Origin: Octopus bimaculoides
Taxonomy: Eukaryota
Assembly: GCF_001194135.2 (NCBI RefSeq)
Contig: NC_069007.1
Location: 10,364,696-10,396,958 of the forward strand
Direction: 5' to 3'
Length of the DNA: 32,263 nt
Part shown: one piece after another, positions 31,914-32,263 of the stretch
Layout: every line of letters starts with the position of its first letter
Numbering within the stretch: position 1 is the stretch's first letter
Position numbers and translations under genes: made by a program
Notes under the pieces: generated by a model
The model's input: only the letters and a program-made list of their open reading frames with translations
Databases searched by the model: none
What the model was told of the DNA's origin: nothing

Positions 31914-32240
31914 ATCATAATCATCATCATGCAGTGTTTTAAATCCGGGTTTTGTCCCCGTTAACGGGGGTGGCCAGATCTACCTCAATACCATAGCAAC
32001 TGAGGCAGACTGGTGCAGCCCACCCTAACCTTTGGGCTGGCTGGTGCCCATTCTCCTTTGCTATCATGAGGCTTTTTTGGAGCTGGATTTTCTACGGGGA
32101 GTATGCCCTTGCTTACCCCCAACTTCAGTTTCTAGACATGAGTGGTCCCAAGAGCAAGGCCTCTACCTAGATTTTTAGGAAATGTGGTGGAAAACTAGCT
32201 CAGGAAGGCAGGAATGCTGCTCCCTGAGACACCTTTCTGA
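31914..32240 (-). mobile_element. RTE-like 3' end with (ATG)n tail
   Basis: Minus strand GTTGGGGGTAAGCAAGGGCATACTCCCCGTAGAAAATCC...(ATG)n. Confidence 0.55.
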
Positions 32241-32263
32241 ACCCTATATATATATATATATAT

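Overview
Eukaryotic, repeat-saturated draft-scaffold DNA with nine N gaps (~3.2 kb), most consistent with an octopus/cephalopod genome. That assignment is my recognition of the SINE, RTE and CR1 families, not a database result. No complete gene, tRNA, rRNA or CRISPR array is present, and nearly all long ORFs in the track are microsatellite or N artefacts. Supported content: (i) at least four tRNA-derived SINE families (~45 copies or fragments), one forming head-to-tail arrays; (ii) Penelope-like retroelement (PLE) remnants: an RT fragment with YRDD, GIY-YIG C-termini, and four minimal type-I hammerhead-ribozyme motifs, each with a different palindromic or near-palindromic stem-III loop; (iii) 3' ends of CR1-, RTE- and R4/Dong-type LINEs, with the CR1 3' tail shared with the main SINE; (iv) three small DNA-transposon MITEs (hAT-, piggyBac- and Ginger-like); (v) two unidentified candidate exons. 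The hammerheads and SINE/LINE relationships are the most interesting signals. They belong to known classes rather than a clearly new system.
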